From the NCBI GenBank assembly GCA_947178195.1, contig CAMWXM010000001.1:1-59838 (forward strand): DNA of 59,838 nucleotides. The letters run 5' to 3'. The translations under genes were made by a program, and so were the position numbers. Positions 1 to 9,990 of this stretch are shown here, piece after piece. Within the stretch, counting starts at the first letter, position 1, and the number at the start of each line of letters is the position of its first letter. The notes beneath the pieces were generated by a model. The model worked only from the letters and a program-made list of their open reading frames with translations, was not told the DNA's origin and searched no databases. Source of the DNA: an uncultured Ruminococcus sp. Lineage in GTDB: Bacteria > Bacillota > Clostridia > Oscillospirales > Ruminococcaceae.

Positions 1-332
1 TTTTCACGTACTTCCAAAAATATTTTTTTAACATTATTTTCAGTAAAATAATTTTCAAGAGCTTTAAGCAGTTCAGAAGCAATACCCTGATTTCTGAAAT
101 TTTCCTCAACAGCAATATTCAAAAGCTCACCCTCGTCAATTATCCATGAACCATTGATAAAGCCCACAGGCTCACCGTCAACGACAGCTTTGAAAATCAC
201 TCTATTATTATTTTTAAACCAATCTGCAAAAGACTTTTCAGACCAGCCTCCCGGAATATATTTTTCTTCGATAATAGCAATTCTTGGAATATCTTCAGCG
301 GTACATTTTAATATATCAGCCCTTTGCATCAT
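1..332 (-). CDS. rimI: Ribosomal-protein-alanine N-acetyltransferase RimI-like (GNAT), truncated by the window edge
   Basis: Not in the ORF track. Manual translation gives MMQRADILKCTAEDIPRIAIIEEK...GWSEKSF...EGELLNIAVEENFRNQGIASELL...KIFLEVRE, with the GNAT acetyl-CoA motif and the RimI-type LEVR motif. Start overlaps the polA stop. Confidence 0.8.
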   Translation of the reverse strand, partial: MMQRADILKCTAEDIPRIAIIEEKYIPGGWSEKSFADWFKNNNRVIFKAVVDGEPVGFINGSWIIDEGELLNIAVEENFRNQGIASELLKALENYFTENNVKKIFLEVRE

Positions 333-2877
333 ACCAGCTTTCACCTCTGTTTACATCTGCGGTAAGGGGTACTTTAAGCTGTGCCGCATTCTGCATTTCT
401 TCTGAAAGTATTGCCGCCGCTTTGTCAGCGTCTTTATATTCACATTCCACAATAAGCTCATCGTGAACCTGTAAAATAAGCCTTGCCTCAGGTACTTCCG
501 CTTTCAGTCGCCTGAAAACCGTTACCATTGCGATTTTAATAATATCGGCTGCGCTTCCCTGAATAGGAGTATTCATGGCGATACGTCTGCCTGCTGCCTG
601 CATATTTTTATTTGAAGCGGAAAGTTCGGGAACATATCTTTTTCTGCCGAACATAGTGGTAACATATCCGTCTTTTTTTGCTTTTTCAACAGTGTCGTTC
701 ATAAATTTTTCTATATTGGGAAATTTTTTCAGATAATTTTCAATGTACCTTTTTGCCTCAAAAACAGATACGTTAATATCCTTTGAGAGAGAAAATGCAC
801 CTATGCCGTAAATTATTCCGAAGTTTACCGCTTTTGCAGCGCTTCTCATTTCAGATGTAACCATTTCTTCCGGCATTCCGAAAACCTGTGCCGCCGTTGA
901 AGTGTGGATATCCGTTCCGCTGTTGAAGCCGTTTATCATAACAGGGTCGGAGCATATATGCGCAACTATTCTTAATTCTATCTGGCTGTAATCGGCGTCA
1001 AGGAGAATCTTTCCTTCAGAAGCCGTAAAAAATTTTCTCATTTCTCTGCCAAGCTCAGTACGAACGGGAATATTCTGGAGATTAGGTTCAGTGGAAGAAA
1101 TTCTTCCTGTTCTTGTTTCAGTTTGCTTAAAAACGGTATGGATTCTTCCGTCATCGGAGATGGTTTTAAGCAGTCCTTCAACATAGGTAGAATTTAATTT
1201 TGTAAGTTTTCTGTAGCGCAGCACAAGGTCAATGACCGGATGCTTGTCCCTGAGCTCTTCAAGAATTTCCGCTCCCGTAGAAAAGCCATTTTTAGTTTTC
1301 TTTTTAAGTGGAACGCCCATTTCATAAAGAACGTCTCCCAGTTGTTTGGGAGAAGCGATATTAAATTCCGTTCCGCACATAAAATATATCTGGGATTCTA
1401 TTCCCTCTATTTCATCTTTAAGACGCTCTCCAAAAGCGCTTACGCCTGCCGCATTTACTAAAACTCCCTTATGCTCCATTGAAGCCAAAACCTCAGTTAA
1501 AGGCTGCTCCACCTCATACATAAGAAAATCCATGCCCTGTTCTTTAATTTGCTTTTTCAGAGTTTCATAAAGATCGGGCAAGCTTGCGCAATCATTATTT
1601 TCACCTTCGCTTTCAGAATACGGCTGGTTATATTTAAAGCAAAGCCGCTGAATACTGTATTCGCTTGCGGAAGGGTCAAGAAGATATGCTGCGATCTCAC
1701 AGTCGAACACGCAGTTTTTCAGCTCCATGCGATTTTCGAAGGCAATATGATACTGCGGTTTTGCTCCGAATGTCACTTTAGGTATATCACTGCTTAAAAT
1801 TTTCAGTATAAAGCTGATGTCACCAGATCTATATATCAGACATCTGTTTTCATTTTCAAATCGGCTTATATATATAGTTTTATTTTCAGCTTTATTTTCT
1901 ATAGTATAAAAAATCATTTCTGATTTTAAAATTTCTTCGAGAATATCAGCCGTAAGCTCTCTTGTTTCACAGTCAAACTGAGAAACTATCTCAGCTTCAG
2001 CCGTTTCGGATATTTCAGCAGGAGTAAGCTTTAGCTTTGTCAGCAGCTTGAACATTTCAAGCTCAGTAAGGATCACACTTAAACGCTCCTGGTCGGCTTC
2101 CTTTAAAGCATAGCTTTCAGGATTTGTGTCTATAGGCGCATCAAGAACTATAGTCGCAAGCCATTTGCTTTCCTTTGCCGCCTCTCTGCCGTTTTCAAGC
2201 TTGTTTAGAACGCCTTTTGTAAGATTTGCATTTTCAAGATTTTCATAGAGATTTTCAATGGTTTTCCATTTAGTAATAAGGGTAGAAGCAGTTTTCTGTC
2301 CTATCCCTGCAACTCCCGAAATATTATCTGAGCTGTCCCCCATAAGCGCTTTAAGGTCTATAAGATTTATCGGCTCAAAGCCGTAATCCTCCATAAATTT
2401 TTCGGGAGTATAAATTATAGTTTCCTTTGTAGTGGCAAGATGAACGGTAACATTATCATTTACCAGCTGAAGGCTGTCACGGTCGCCGGTAAGGATATGA
2501 CATTGATTGCCTGTATCGGTGCACATTTTTGAAAGGGTACCCAAAATATCGTCCGCTTCATATCCTTCGCATTCGATTATTTTTATACCCATAGCGCTCA
2601 GTATATCCTTAATAAGCGGCATCTGCTGAGCAAGTTCTTCCGGCATACCCTTACGGTTAGCCTTATATGAGGAAACTGCGGTATGACGAAAGGTGGGCTT
2701 TTTCAGATCAAACGCCACAGCTATGCAGTCAGGCTTTATAATATCGTAATTTTTAAAATAAATATTCATAAATCCCAGCAGTGCATTTGTACAAACGCCT
2801 TTTTTATTTGTAAGAACACGTATTCCGTAATAGGCACGGTTCATAATACTGTTTCCGTCAATTGCAAGTAATTTCAT
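316..2877 (-). CDS. polA: DNA polymerase I
   Basis: N-terminal 5'-3' exonuclease (IDGNS, EADD, TGDRD, LMGDSSDNI) and polymerase motifs (TGRISS, PNLQNIP, DYSQIELR, AKAVNFGIIYG, LQVHDEL). Start moved to ATG 2877 (MKLLAIDGNS), which has an AGGAG RBS. Confidence 0.97.
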   Translation of the reverse strand: MKLLAIDGNSIMNRAYYGIRVLTNKKGVCTNALLGFMNIYFKNYDIIKPDCIAVAFDLKKPTFRHTAVSSYKANRKGMPEELAQQMPLIKDILSAMGIKIIECEGYEADDILGTLSKMCTDTGNQCHILTGDRDSLQLVNDNVTVHLATTKETIIYTPEKFMEDYGFEPINLIDLKALMGDSSDNISGVAGIGQKTASTLITKWKTIENLYENLENANLTKGVLNKLENGREAAKESKWLATIVLDAPIDTNPESYALKEADQERLSVILTELEMFKLLTKLKLTPAEISETAEAEIVSQFDCETRELTADILEEILKSEMIFYTIENKAENKTIYISRFENENRCLIYRSGDISFILKILSSDIPKVTFGAKPQYHIAFENRMELKNCVFDCEIAAYLLDPSASEYSIQRLCFKYNQPYSESEGENNDCASLPDLYETLKKQIKEQGMDFLMYEVEQPLTEVLASMEHKGVLVNAAGVSAFGERLKDEIEGIESQIYFMCGTEFNIASPKQLGDVLYEMGVPLKKKTKNGFSTGAEILEELRDKHPVIDLVLRYRKLTKLNSTYVEGLLKTISDDGRIHTVFKQTETRTGRISSTEPNLQNIPVRTELGREMRKFFTASEGKILLDADYSQIELRIVAHICSDPVMINGFNSGTDIHTSTAAQVFGMPEEMVTSEMRSAAKAVNFGIIYGIGAFSLSKDINVSVFEAKRYIENYLKKFPNIEKFMNDTVEKAKKDGYVTTMFGRKRYVPELSASNKNMQAAGRRIAMNTPIQGSAADIIKIAMVTVFRRLKAEVPEARLILQVHDELIVECEYKDADKAAAILSEEMQNAAQLKVPLTADVNRGESWYDAKG

Positions 2878-2920
2878 TTTGCTTCTCCTGTTCTGTGGCA
2901 TTCCACGTGGGGTATTTGCC

Positions 2921-3841
2921 TTATTCAACAAATCCGATAAATTTTTCACAGGCGGTTTTTAAATCGACTCCGTCCGTTTTGCTATAGCATGATTTTATTT
3001 CCTTTTCAAGTTCTTCCTTGCTGTCACTGAGATAGCTCATATTGCCGGAAGCGCATAAAAAACTGCTGCCGTTATTGCCGTCTATAATAAGCATTGCTGC
3101 ATCAGCGTCCTTTTCATAAAAAAGCTCAAATCTCTTTTTTGAAAATTTTTCTAAAGTGTCGCCCGCCGTACCTTCAACATAATAAACATTAAGACTATTA
3201 TCTCCTGCAGCGCCTTCTATTATAGCGTTATATTCGACAATTTCTTCTTTTTTCAGAATGCCTGAACGATCGGTAAAATATTCGGGCAGATAAATTTCTG
3301 CGCTTTCAAGAGCACGTTCCGCAGCTCCCACATAATCTTCCAGAGCAAGCATAGGCGAAATTTCCGAAAACAGCATCAAAACGCTGCTGTCCGAAATAAA
3401 TTCAGCCGGTATACCGTTTCGGAAAAAATAATCCTCATTGGTATCGTTATTTATAAGAAAAAGTATACCGTCTCCCTTATAAAGCTTATTATAGTAGTCC
3501 TTTGCATAATCTGCCGGTTCTTTGTCCTCAATATCATCTGTAAGCACAACGGCAGCGTTAATCTTGAATGCTTTTGAGACCCATGCCGTATAAGTATTAA
3601 TAGAGTCATATTCTCCTTTGCTCAATATGTCTGCGTCGTCGAATACGTATTCCTTTTCGGTATCCACCTCTCTGTCTCTGGCTTTAAGTTTTTTCTCGGA
3701 AGGCTGCTCCGATTCTGGGCTTTCCGATTGAGAGGAAAGCTCATCGGAAGCGAGACTTTCCGGTGTTTTTATATCTTCAAAGCAACCGGTAAAAGCAACG
3801 CAGCAACAGAAAATTACTATAAATAATATTTTTTTTGTCAT
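2921..3841 (-). CDS. Lipoprotein with two tandem TPM(DUF477)-like domains
   Basis: Signal peptide with lipobox VAFTG-C, an S/E-rich linker, then two repeats opening YVFDDADILS and YFTDRSGILK, each followed by a DG(I/A)(L/M)xxI strand typical of TPM domains. Start is 3841 or 3853. Confidence 0.7.
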   Translation of the reverse strand: MTKKILFIVIFCCCVAFTGCFEDIKTPESLASDELSSQSESPESEQPSEKKLKARDREVDTEKEYVFDDADILSKGEYDSINTYTAWVSKAFKINAAVVLTDDIEDKEPADYAKDYYNKLYKGDGILFLINNDTNEDYFFRNGIPAEFISDSSVLMLFSEISPMLALEDYVGAAERALESAEIYLPEYFTDRSGILKKEEIVEYNAIIEGAAGDNSLNVYYVEGTAGDTLEKFSKKRFELFYEKDADAAMLIIDGNNGSSFLCASGNMSYLSDSKEELEKEIKSCYSKTDGVDLKTACEKFIGFVE

Positions 3842-3878
3842 CTTTCCGATCATTCCTTTCAATCTGCTCTATAGATTA

Positions 3879-4721
3879 TTATATTACCTTTTGCGCATGC
3901 CTTGTAACATGACAACCTATATTTACTGCAACAGGTAATCCTGCAATATGAGTAGGGGCATGTTCTATATTCACATAAAGAGCTGTTACCCTTCCGCCAA
4001 AGCCTTGAGGACCGATTCCCAGCATATTGATTTTTGCAAGCATTTTTTCTTCCATATCAGCATAAAGCTTTTTGGGATTTCTTATTTCCGCATCACGGCA
4101 AAGAGCTTTTTTTGCAAGATATGCGCATTTTTCAAAGTTGCCGCCGATGCCTACTCCCACCACCATAGGCGGACAGGGATTGCTTCCTGCTTTGGATACC
4201 GTTTCTGTAACAAAATCAATAATATCCTCCTGAGAAGCGGAAGGGGTAAACATTTTCAGTGCGGACATATTTTCGCTGCCAAACCCTTTCGGGCACACCT
4301 CAATCTTTACCTTATTTCCATCTGTTATTTTGGTATGTACCACAGGGGGCGTATTATCGTTGGTATTGACTCTTTCAAGAGGGTCTCCCACAATAGAGCA
4401 TCTTAAAAAGCCTTCTGTATAACCTCTTGAAACACCCTTGTTCAGCGCTTCTGAAAGACTTCCACCGACAAAATGCACATCCTGACCTATTTCCAGAAAT
4501 ATTACCGCCATTCCCGTATCCTGACATATAGGAATATTTTCTGATTTTGCCGCTTTTATATTTGATTTCAGGTCGTCAAATACCGCTTTTCCTACTGGGG
4601 ATTCTTCCATCTGAGCACAGCACTCTATTTTTTTTTCAAGACTTTCAGGCAAAAAAATATTCGCCTGAATACACAGGTCTCTGACTGTATTTTCAATTTC
4701 TTTAACGTTTATTTCACGCAT
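3879..4721 (-). CDS. Fe-S hydro-lyase, tartrate/fumarate subfamily, alpha subunit (two-subunit class I fumarase alpha)
   Basis: PICQDTG, NTNDNTP, KGFGSEN, NPCPP, GIGPQGFGG and CHVTRH motifs. Confidence 0.9.
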   Translation of the reverse strand: MREINVKEIENTVRDLCIQANIFLPESLEKKIECCAQMEESPVGKAVFDDLKSNIKAAKSENIPICQDTGMAVIFLEIGQDVHFVGGSLSEALNKGVSRGYTEGFLRCSIVGDPLERVNTNDNTPPVVHTKITDGNKVKIEVCPKGFGSENMSALKMFTPSASQEDIIDFVTETVSKAGSNPCPPMVVGVGIGGNFEKCAYLAKKALCRDAEIRNPKKLYADMEEKMLAKINMLGIGPQGFGGRVTALYVNIEHAPTHIAGLPVAVNIGCHVTRHAQKVI

Positions 4722-5884
4722 TTATATTCTCCCTTAACTATTTTACCATTTATCATGACCATATCCGGTTCGCTTAAAAGCTCCAGCGGTTCAGATGAAT
4801 AAAGCTGGAGATCTGCTTCCTTGCCCACGGTAACAGAGCCGATTATATCCGCTATTCCAACCGTTTCGGCTGCATTTATGGTGATCGCTTCCAGAGCCTG
4901 CTGCTTTGAAAGTCCTCCCTTTATCGCCATTGCTGCTGATGTAGGAAGGTACTGCACAGGTATTACCGGGTGGTCAGTACAGATGCTTGTATTTACTCTG
5001 TTGTTCATAAGACAGGCTGTGTTTTTAAGCTCCAGTCCCCTCATTTCCGGCTTGCATCTGTCGCATATTATCGGTCCTGAAACTGCTGAAGCATTTTCTT
5101 TTCCTAAAATATCCGCAATAAGATGTCCCTCAGTGGCATGAATAAGGGTAAGCTTTAATTTAAATTCCTTTGCAATGCGTATTGCAGTAAATATATCATC
5201 GCTGCGGTGACAATGAAAATGAGCGGAAATTTCCCCTTTCAGCAGTGGGATAAGAGCGTGACTTTTTATATCAAATTCCGGACAGTCGTTATTTTCCCTG
5301 TCGCTTTCATAATCTGACATATCCTCAAGGTATTTTTTCGCCTTGAAAAGACCCTCCCTTATAATAGCCGCCGTTGCCATTCTCGTAACAGGCGCTTCGT
5401 CTCTGTCATTATAGACATTTTTCGGATTTTCTCCGAGAGCAAATTTTATTCCGACTTTTTTTATCAGCATATCGTCTATTCTTCTGCCAAAGGTCTTAGC
5501 AGCAATTATTTCTCCGCCGCATGGATTTGCGCTTCCCGGAGCGATGACAGCCGTTGTTATCCCACGCATATATGCTTCCTCAAAGCATCTGTCAAGGGGA
5601 TTTATTCCATCGATAGTACGAAGCTGAGGTGTAAAAGGGTCGGTAGCTTCATTGCAGTCATCCCCCTCAAAATCTATTCCGTTTTCAATAATTCCGAGAT
5701 GAGTATGAGCGTCGATAAAGCCCGGCATAAGCAGCTTTCCTTTGCCGTCAATATCAGTTTCTGAGATCGTTTCCGGCTTACCCTCTTCAACGGCTGTTAT
5801 CCTGCCATTTTCTACTTCTACCCAACCGCTGTTTATAACATTTCTGTTATCCATAGTATTTATTACAACGTTATAAATTTTCAT
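4709..5884 (-). CDS. Metal-dependent amidohydrolase (imidazolonepropionase-like fold), substrate unknown
   Basis: PGFIDAHTHLG (HxH), KFALGENPK, HCH, IHATEG, TDHP and GKEADL motifs. Confidence 0.85.
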   Translation of the reverse strand: MKIYNVVINTMDNRNVINSGWVEVENGRITAVEEGKPETISETDIDGKGKLLMPGFIDAHTHLGIIENGIDFEGDDCNEATDPFTPQLRTIDGINPLDRCFEEAYMRGITTAVIAPGSANPCGGEIIAAKTFGRRIDDMLIKKVGIKFALGENPKNVYNDRDEAPVTRMATAAIIREGLFKAKKYLEDMSDYESDRENNDCPEFDIKSHALIPLLKGEISAHFHCHRSDDIFTAIRIAKEFKLKLTLIHATEGHLIADILGKENASAVSGPIICDRCKPEMRGLELKNTACLMNNRVNTSICTDHPVIPVQYLPTSAAMAIKGGLSKQQALEAITINAAETVGIADIIGSVTVGKEADLQLYSSEPLELLSEPDMVMINGKIVKGEYKCVK

Positions 5885-5896
5885 AATTATACTCTC

Positions 5897-6394
5897 TTAT
5901 TTCAAGGAAATTGTTTTTATAATAAGCTTAGCTACTTCCATAGGCGAACCTGTCGCTTCAATACAGTAATCGGAATTTTTTTTATATTTTTCATATCTCT
6001 GGTCGAATATTTCCTTTACCTGCTCTTTGGTTTTGGAGGCTATTACAGGGCGGTTCGGGTCTCCTGCTATTCTTTCATAGCATACCTCAAAAGGAACGTT
6101 TATAAATACCACCGTTCCGTTTTTCCTTGCATTTTCAGCATTCTTTTCATTGAGCATAGTGCCGCCGCCGCAGGAAACTATCCCCTTATATTTCGCAAGC
6201 TCGGTAATAAGCCTGCTTTCCGCCTGACGAAAATATTCTTCGCCTTTTTTTTCAAATATCTCGGGAATATCCATTCCCTCATTTTTTACTATCAATGAAT
6301 CAGTGTCGCAGTATGCGCAACCCATTTGCTTTGCAAGAGTTACAGAAACGGTGGATTTGCCGCAGCCCATAAATCCGCATAAAAAAATTGCCAT
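5897..6394 (-). CDS. aroK: Shikimate kinase
   Basis: GFMGCGKST P-loop, DTD, IFEKKGEEYFR, CGGG and RP motifs; adjacent to aroE. Confidence 0.93.
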   Translation of the reverse strand: MAIFLCGFMGCGKSTVSVTLAKQMGCAYCDTDSLIVKNEGMDIPEIFEKKGEEYFRQAESRLITELAKYKGIVSCGGGTMLNEKNAENARKNGTVVFINVPFEVCYERIAGDPNRPVIASKTKEQVKEIFDQRYEKYKKNSDYCIEATGSPMEVAKLIIKTISLK

Positions 6395-6403
6395 AATTCC
6401 TCC

Positions 6404-7231
6404 CTAAAAATTCTTCTCGACCTCGGCAGATACCTCCGATATTATTTTATCCGTCTGTTCCTCATCAAATTTTGCGCCGTACCATATTTCATGAGCCGCA
6501 ACTGCCTGTAAAACAAGCATACGCATTCCGCCTGTCGCATTTTTATTTAATTTTTTCGCTGTTTTTATCAATACCGTTTCATTGGGATTGTAAATTGCAT
6601 CAAAAATATTTTCACAGCGTGAAATCACCTCTTCTGAAACAGGACAAGCGTCTATATTCGGGTACATGCCTACCGGTGTTGAATTTACCAAAAGGTCATA
6701 ATTTCCCGTGATTTCACTTAATAAAACTATTTTAACGTGGACATCGAAAAATTTTTCGTTTATTTCTCCTGCAAGTCCTTTTGCCATATCACTATCGCTT
6801 TCACGAATAGCGATAGTGATATCTCCGCCGTGATCCGCAGCCTCCAAAGCCATCATTCTTCCTACTCCGCCGCAGCCGGCAAGCAGAAATTTTCCGCCCA
6901 GAGCCTTTTCAGGAACAGAACGCAGAAAACCGATACAGTCGGTATTATAGCCAACGATTTTTCCATTTTCCTTGGCGATACAATTAACGGAATTGTATTT
7001 TGCCGCACTTATATCCAGCTTATCGAGAAAATCTATTACCTGCATTTTATGTGGAATGGTAACATTAAGTCCGTCATAAGTCTGTATCACCTCCGGCAGC
7101 CTTGATTTAAGCTCTTCTGGCTTTATTTCACAAAGCTCATATGCTTCCTGCCTGCCGGAAATTTCAAATAATTTTTTGTGTATAAAAGGAGACATTGAGT
7201 GTCCCAATGGGTGTCCTATTAATGCAAACAT
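6404..7231 (-). CDS. aroE: Shikimate dehydrogenase
   Basis: GHPLGHSMSP, NVTIPHK, SVN, NTD, GCGG, NSTPVGM, DAIYNP and MLVLQA motifs. Confidence 0.93.
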   Translation of the reverse strand: MFALIGHPLGHSMSPFIHKKLFEISGRQEAYELCEIKPEELKSRLPEVIQTYDGLNVTIPHKMQVIDFLDKLDISAAKYNSVNCIAKENGKIVGYNTDCIGFLRSVPEKALGGKFLLAGCGGVGRMMALEAADHGGDITIAIRESDSDMAKGLAGEINEKFFDVHVKIVLLSEITGNYDLLVNSTPVGMYPNIDACPVSEEVISRCENIFDAIYNPNETVLIKTAKKLNKNATGGMRMLVLQAVAAHEIWYGAKFDEEQTDKIISEVSAEVEKNF

Positions 7232-7243
7232 AGCTGTTACTCC

Positions 7244-8839
7244 TTAATTATTATTCTTTTTGAACTCGAGAAATTCTTCGTATGTGCCCTGTCGATCTAT
7301 ACAGCCGTCGGGAGTTATTTCTATGATACGGTTTGCCACCGTCTGCATGATCTCATGGTCGTGAGAAGCAAGGAGAATGACCCCTTTGAAGCTTACAAGA
7401 CCGTTATTTACGGCGGTAATACTTTCAAGGTCAAGATGGTTTGTAGGCCGGTCAAGAATAAGCACATTAGAGCCGAAAAGCATCATTCTTGAAAACATAC
7501 ATCTTACCTTTTCGCCGCCCGAAAGTACGTTTACCGTCTTATAAACATCGTCTCCCGAAAAAAGCATTCTTCCCAGAAAGCCTCTGAGATAAGTATCTGT
7601 TTCATCAGATGAATACTGCCTCATCCAGTCGATAATAGACAATTCACAGCCTTCAAAAAAGCTGTTGTTGTCAACAGGCAGATAGGAAGCAGAGGTTGAA
7701 ACGCCCCATTTAAAGGTTCCCTGGTCAGGCTGTTCCTCTTCCATCAAAATTTTAAAAAGCATGGTTATCGCCTGTTCGCTTTCGCTTATAAATGCCACCT
7801 TGTCGGTTCTGCCAAGAGTAAAATTAATATTATTCAGAATTTTTTCGCCGTCCACCGTTTTGGAAATGCCGTTTACTGAAAGTATCTCTTTTCCAAGCTC
7901 TCTATCTGGAGAAAAACCAATAAAAGGATATTTTCTGCTGGAAGCAGGCATTTCCTCTACCGTCAGATTATCAAGCAGCTTTCTTCTGGAGGTTGCCTGA
8001 CGGGATTTTGATTTATTTGCCGAAAAACGCTCAATAAAGGTTTTAAGCTCCTTTATTTTTTCTTCGGTTTTCTTATTCTGCTGTTTTATCATACGCTGGA
8101 TAAGCTGACTTGATTCATACCAGAATTCATAGTTACCCACATACATTTTTATCTTTGTATAGTCTATATCAACAATATGGGTGCAGACATTGTTTAAAAA
8201 GTGTCTGTCGTGAGATACCACAAGGACTGTACCGAAATATTCAGCAAGAAAATCTTCCAGCCATCTTACCGCTTCTATATCCAGATGGTTGGTAGGCTCG
8301 TCCAAAAGTATAATATCGGGATTTCCGAAAAGAGCCTGTGCCAGCAACACCTTTACCTTTTCGTTGCCCGAAAGAGCCGACATCTGAGAATAAAGCAGTT
8401 CCTCTGAAATTCCCAGTCCCTGTATAAGCTTAGAAGCGTCCGATTCCGCCTCCCAGCCGTTTAATTCGGCAAATTCCGCTTCCAGCTCAGAGGCTAAAAC
8501 CCCGTCCTCCTCGGAGAAATCCTCCTTTGCATATAATTCGTCCTTTTGCTTCATTATTTCATAAAGTCTGGCATTTCCCATTATCACCGTATCCAAAACG
8601 GTAAATTCCTCAAAGGCAAAATGGTCTTGTTTAAGCACCGAAAGACGAGTATCCTTCTGTATCGCAACTTCACCTGTAGTGGGTTCGAGGTCGCCGCAGA
8701 GTATTCGCAGAAAGGTCGATTTTCCCGCTCCGTTTGCGCCGATAATGCCGTAGCAGTTTCCACCGGTAAATTTTAAATTGACATTCTTAAAAAGGACAGA
8801 ACCGCCGAACTGCATGCTAACGTCTGAAACTGTAATCAT
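7244..8839 (-). CDS. ABC-F family ATPase (YkpA/YbiT-like translation factor)
   Basis: Two NBDs and no TM segments. GANGAGKST, LSGNEK, LDEPTNHLD and VSHDRHFL in NBD1; linker RFSANKSKSRQATSR; LSGGEK in NBD2. Confidence 0.9.
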   Translation of the reverse strand: MITVSDVSMQFGGSVLFKNVNLKFTGGNCYGIIGANGAGKSTFLRILCGDLEPTTGEVAIQKDTRLSVLKQDHFAFEEFTVLDTVIMGNARLYEIMKQKDELYAKEDFSEEDGVLASELEAEFAELNGWEAESDASKLIQGLGISEELLYSQMSALSGNEKVKVLLAQALFGNPDIILLDEPTNHLDIEAVRWLEDFLAEYFGTVLVVSHDRHFLNNVCTHIVDIDYTKIKMYVGNYEFWYESSQLIQRMIKQQNKKTEEKIKELKTFIERFSANKSKSRQATSRRKLLDNLTVEEMPASSRKYPFIGFSPDRELGKEILSVNGISKTVDGEKILNNINFTLGRTDKVAFISESEQAITMLFKILMEEEQPDQGTFKWGVSTSASYLPVDNNSFFEGCELSIIDWMRQYSSDETDTYLRGFLGRMLFSGDDVYKTVNVLSGGEKVRCMFSRMMLFGSNVLILDRPTNHLDLESITAVNNGLVSFKGVILLASHDHEIMQTVANRIIEITPDGCIDRQGTYEEFLEFKKNNN

Positions 8840-8862
8840 TAAAATTTTTCTCCAATCAAGTT

Positions 8863-9519
8863 TTATTTTAAAATTTTGCCAACAGCGTCGGGAAGCTGAG
8901 ATATATCCGATATTAAAATATCAGCCTTATCCAATTCATGCTCTCTGCAATAGCCGTATGTACAGCCTACAGATCTTAAACTGTGCTTCCATGCCGTTTC
9001 AAGGTCGAAATACCTGTCCCCCACAATAATATATTCGCCGCCGTATTTTTTTCTTATAAATTCAAAAATTTCCGGCTTCGGGATATAGTCAAAATCTTCA
9101 GAGCAGAAATAATCGCTGTAAAATCTGTCAAGGTCGTGAGCCTTTCTGTGAAGCTCCATATAACGATGAAGGCAGTTGCTTAAAAATATCAGCCTGTGTC
9201 CGCTGTCCGATAGCCTCTGTAAAGAATTTTCAGCCCCTGAATATAATACTGCTTTGCCGTTTTTGGTCATAAGCTCCATTTGGTCGGACACCATTTCCGT
9301 GACCTTTTTCTTCTCACTTTCATCAAGCTGCGGCGCAAACGCATCCCACATTGCTTTCGGCGAATACCCGAGATAGCTTATAATTTCTTCATCGGAATAT
9401 TCTCTGTATTCCATAAGCTTATTATCCGTCAGATATTTATAACCGATACGAAAAGCGGGAACATAAATTTTTGCGCAATCATGGATAGTGCCGTCAAAAT
9501 CGAGAATAATATTCGCCAT
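8863..9519 (-). CDS. HAD-superfamily phosphatase, translationally coupled to ribH
   Basis: Motif I DFDGT, motif II LSN, motif III K (PKP), motif IV GDRYFD. Its ATG overlaps the ribH TAA (TAATG). Confidence 0.85.
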   Translation of the reverse strand: MANIILDFDGTIHDCAKIYVPAFRIGYKYLTDNKLMEYREYSDEEIISYLGYSPKAMWDAFAPQLDESEKKKVTEMVSDQMELMTKNGKAVLYSGAENSLQRLSDSGHRLIFLSNCLHRYMELHRKAHDLDRFYSDYFCSEDFDYIPKPEIFEFIRKKYGGEYIIVGDRYFDLETAWKHSLRSVGCTYGYCREHELDKADILISDISQLPDAVGKILK

Positions 9520-9986
9520 TATTTTTCGATCTCCCTGATGAGATTTACCATTTCTATTGCTCCCAGTGCGCAGTCATAACCCTTGTTTCCTGCTTTTGTG
9601 CCTGCTCTTTCAATAGCCTGTTCGATATTTTCGGTAGTAAGCACTCCGAACATCACAGGAATATCTGCATTTAATGAAACGTTCGCAATACCTTTTGAAA
9701 CCTCACTGCAAACATAGTCATAATGGGAGGTCGAACCTCTTATGACAGCTCCTACGCATATTACAGCGTCATATTTTCCGCTTGCCGCCATTTTTTTTGC
9801 AATAAAAGGTATTTCAAATGCTCCCGGTACCCATGCCACATCAATATTATTTTCGTCTACGCCATGTCTTTTAAGTCCGTCCAGAGCGCCACCAACAAGC
9901 TTCGAGGTAATAAATTCGTTAAATCTTGCTGCAACAATGCCGATTTTTATATTTTCCGATACAACATTTCCTTCAAATACTTTCAT
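9519..9986 (-). CDS. ribH: 6,7-dimethyl-8-ribityllumazine synthase
   Basis: [33 protein letters not shown] and AGNKG motifs. Start at ATG 9986 after an AGGAG RBS. Confidence 0.97.
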   Translation of the reverse strand: MKVFEGNVVSENIKIGIVAARFNEFITSKLVGGALDGLKRHGVDENNIDVAWVPGAFEIPFIAKKMAASGKYDAVICVGAVIRGSTSHYDYVCSEVSKGIANVSLNADIPVMFGVLTTENIEQAIERAGTKAGNKGYDCALGAIEMVNLIREIEK

Positions 9987-9990
9987 TTTT

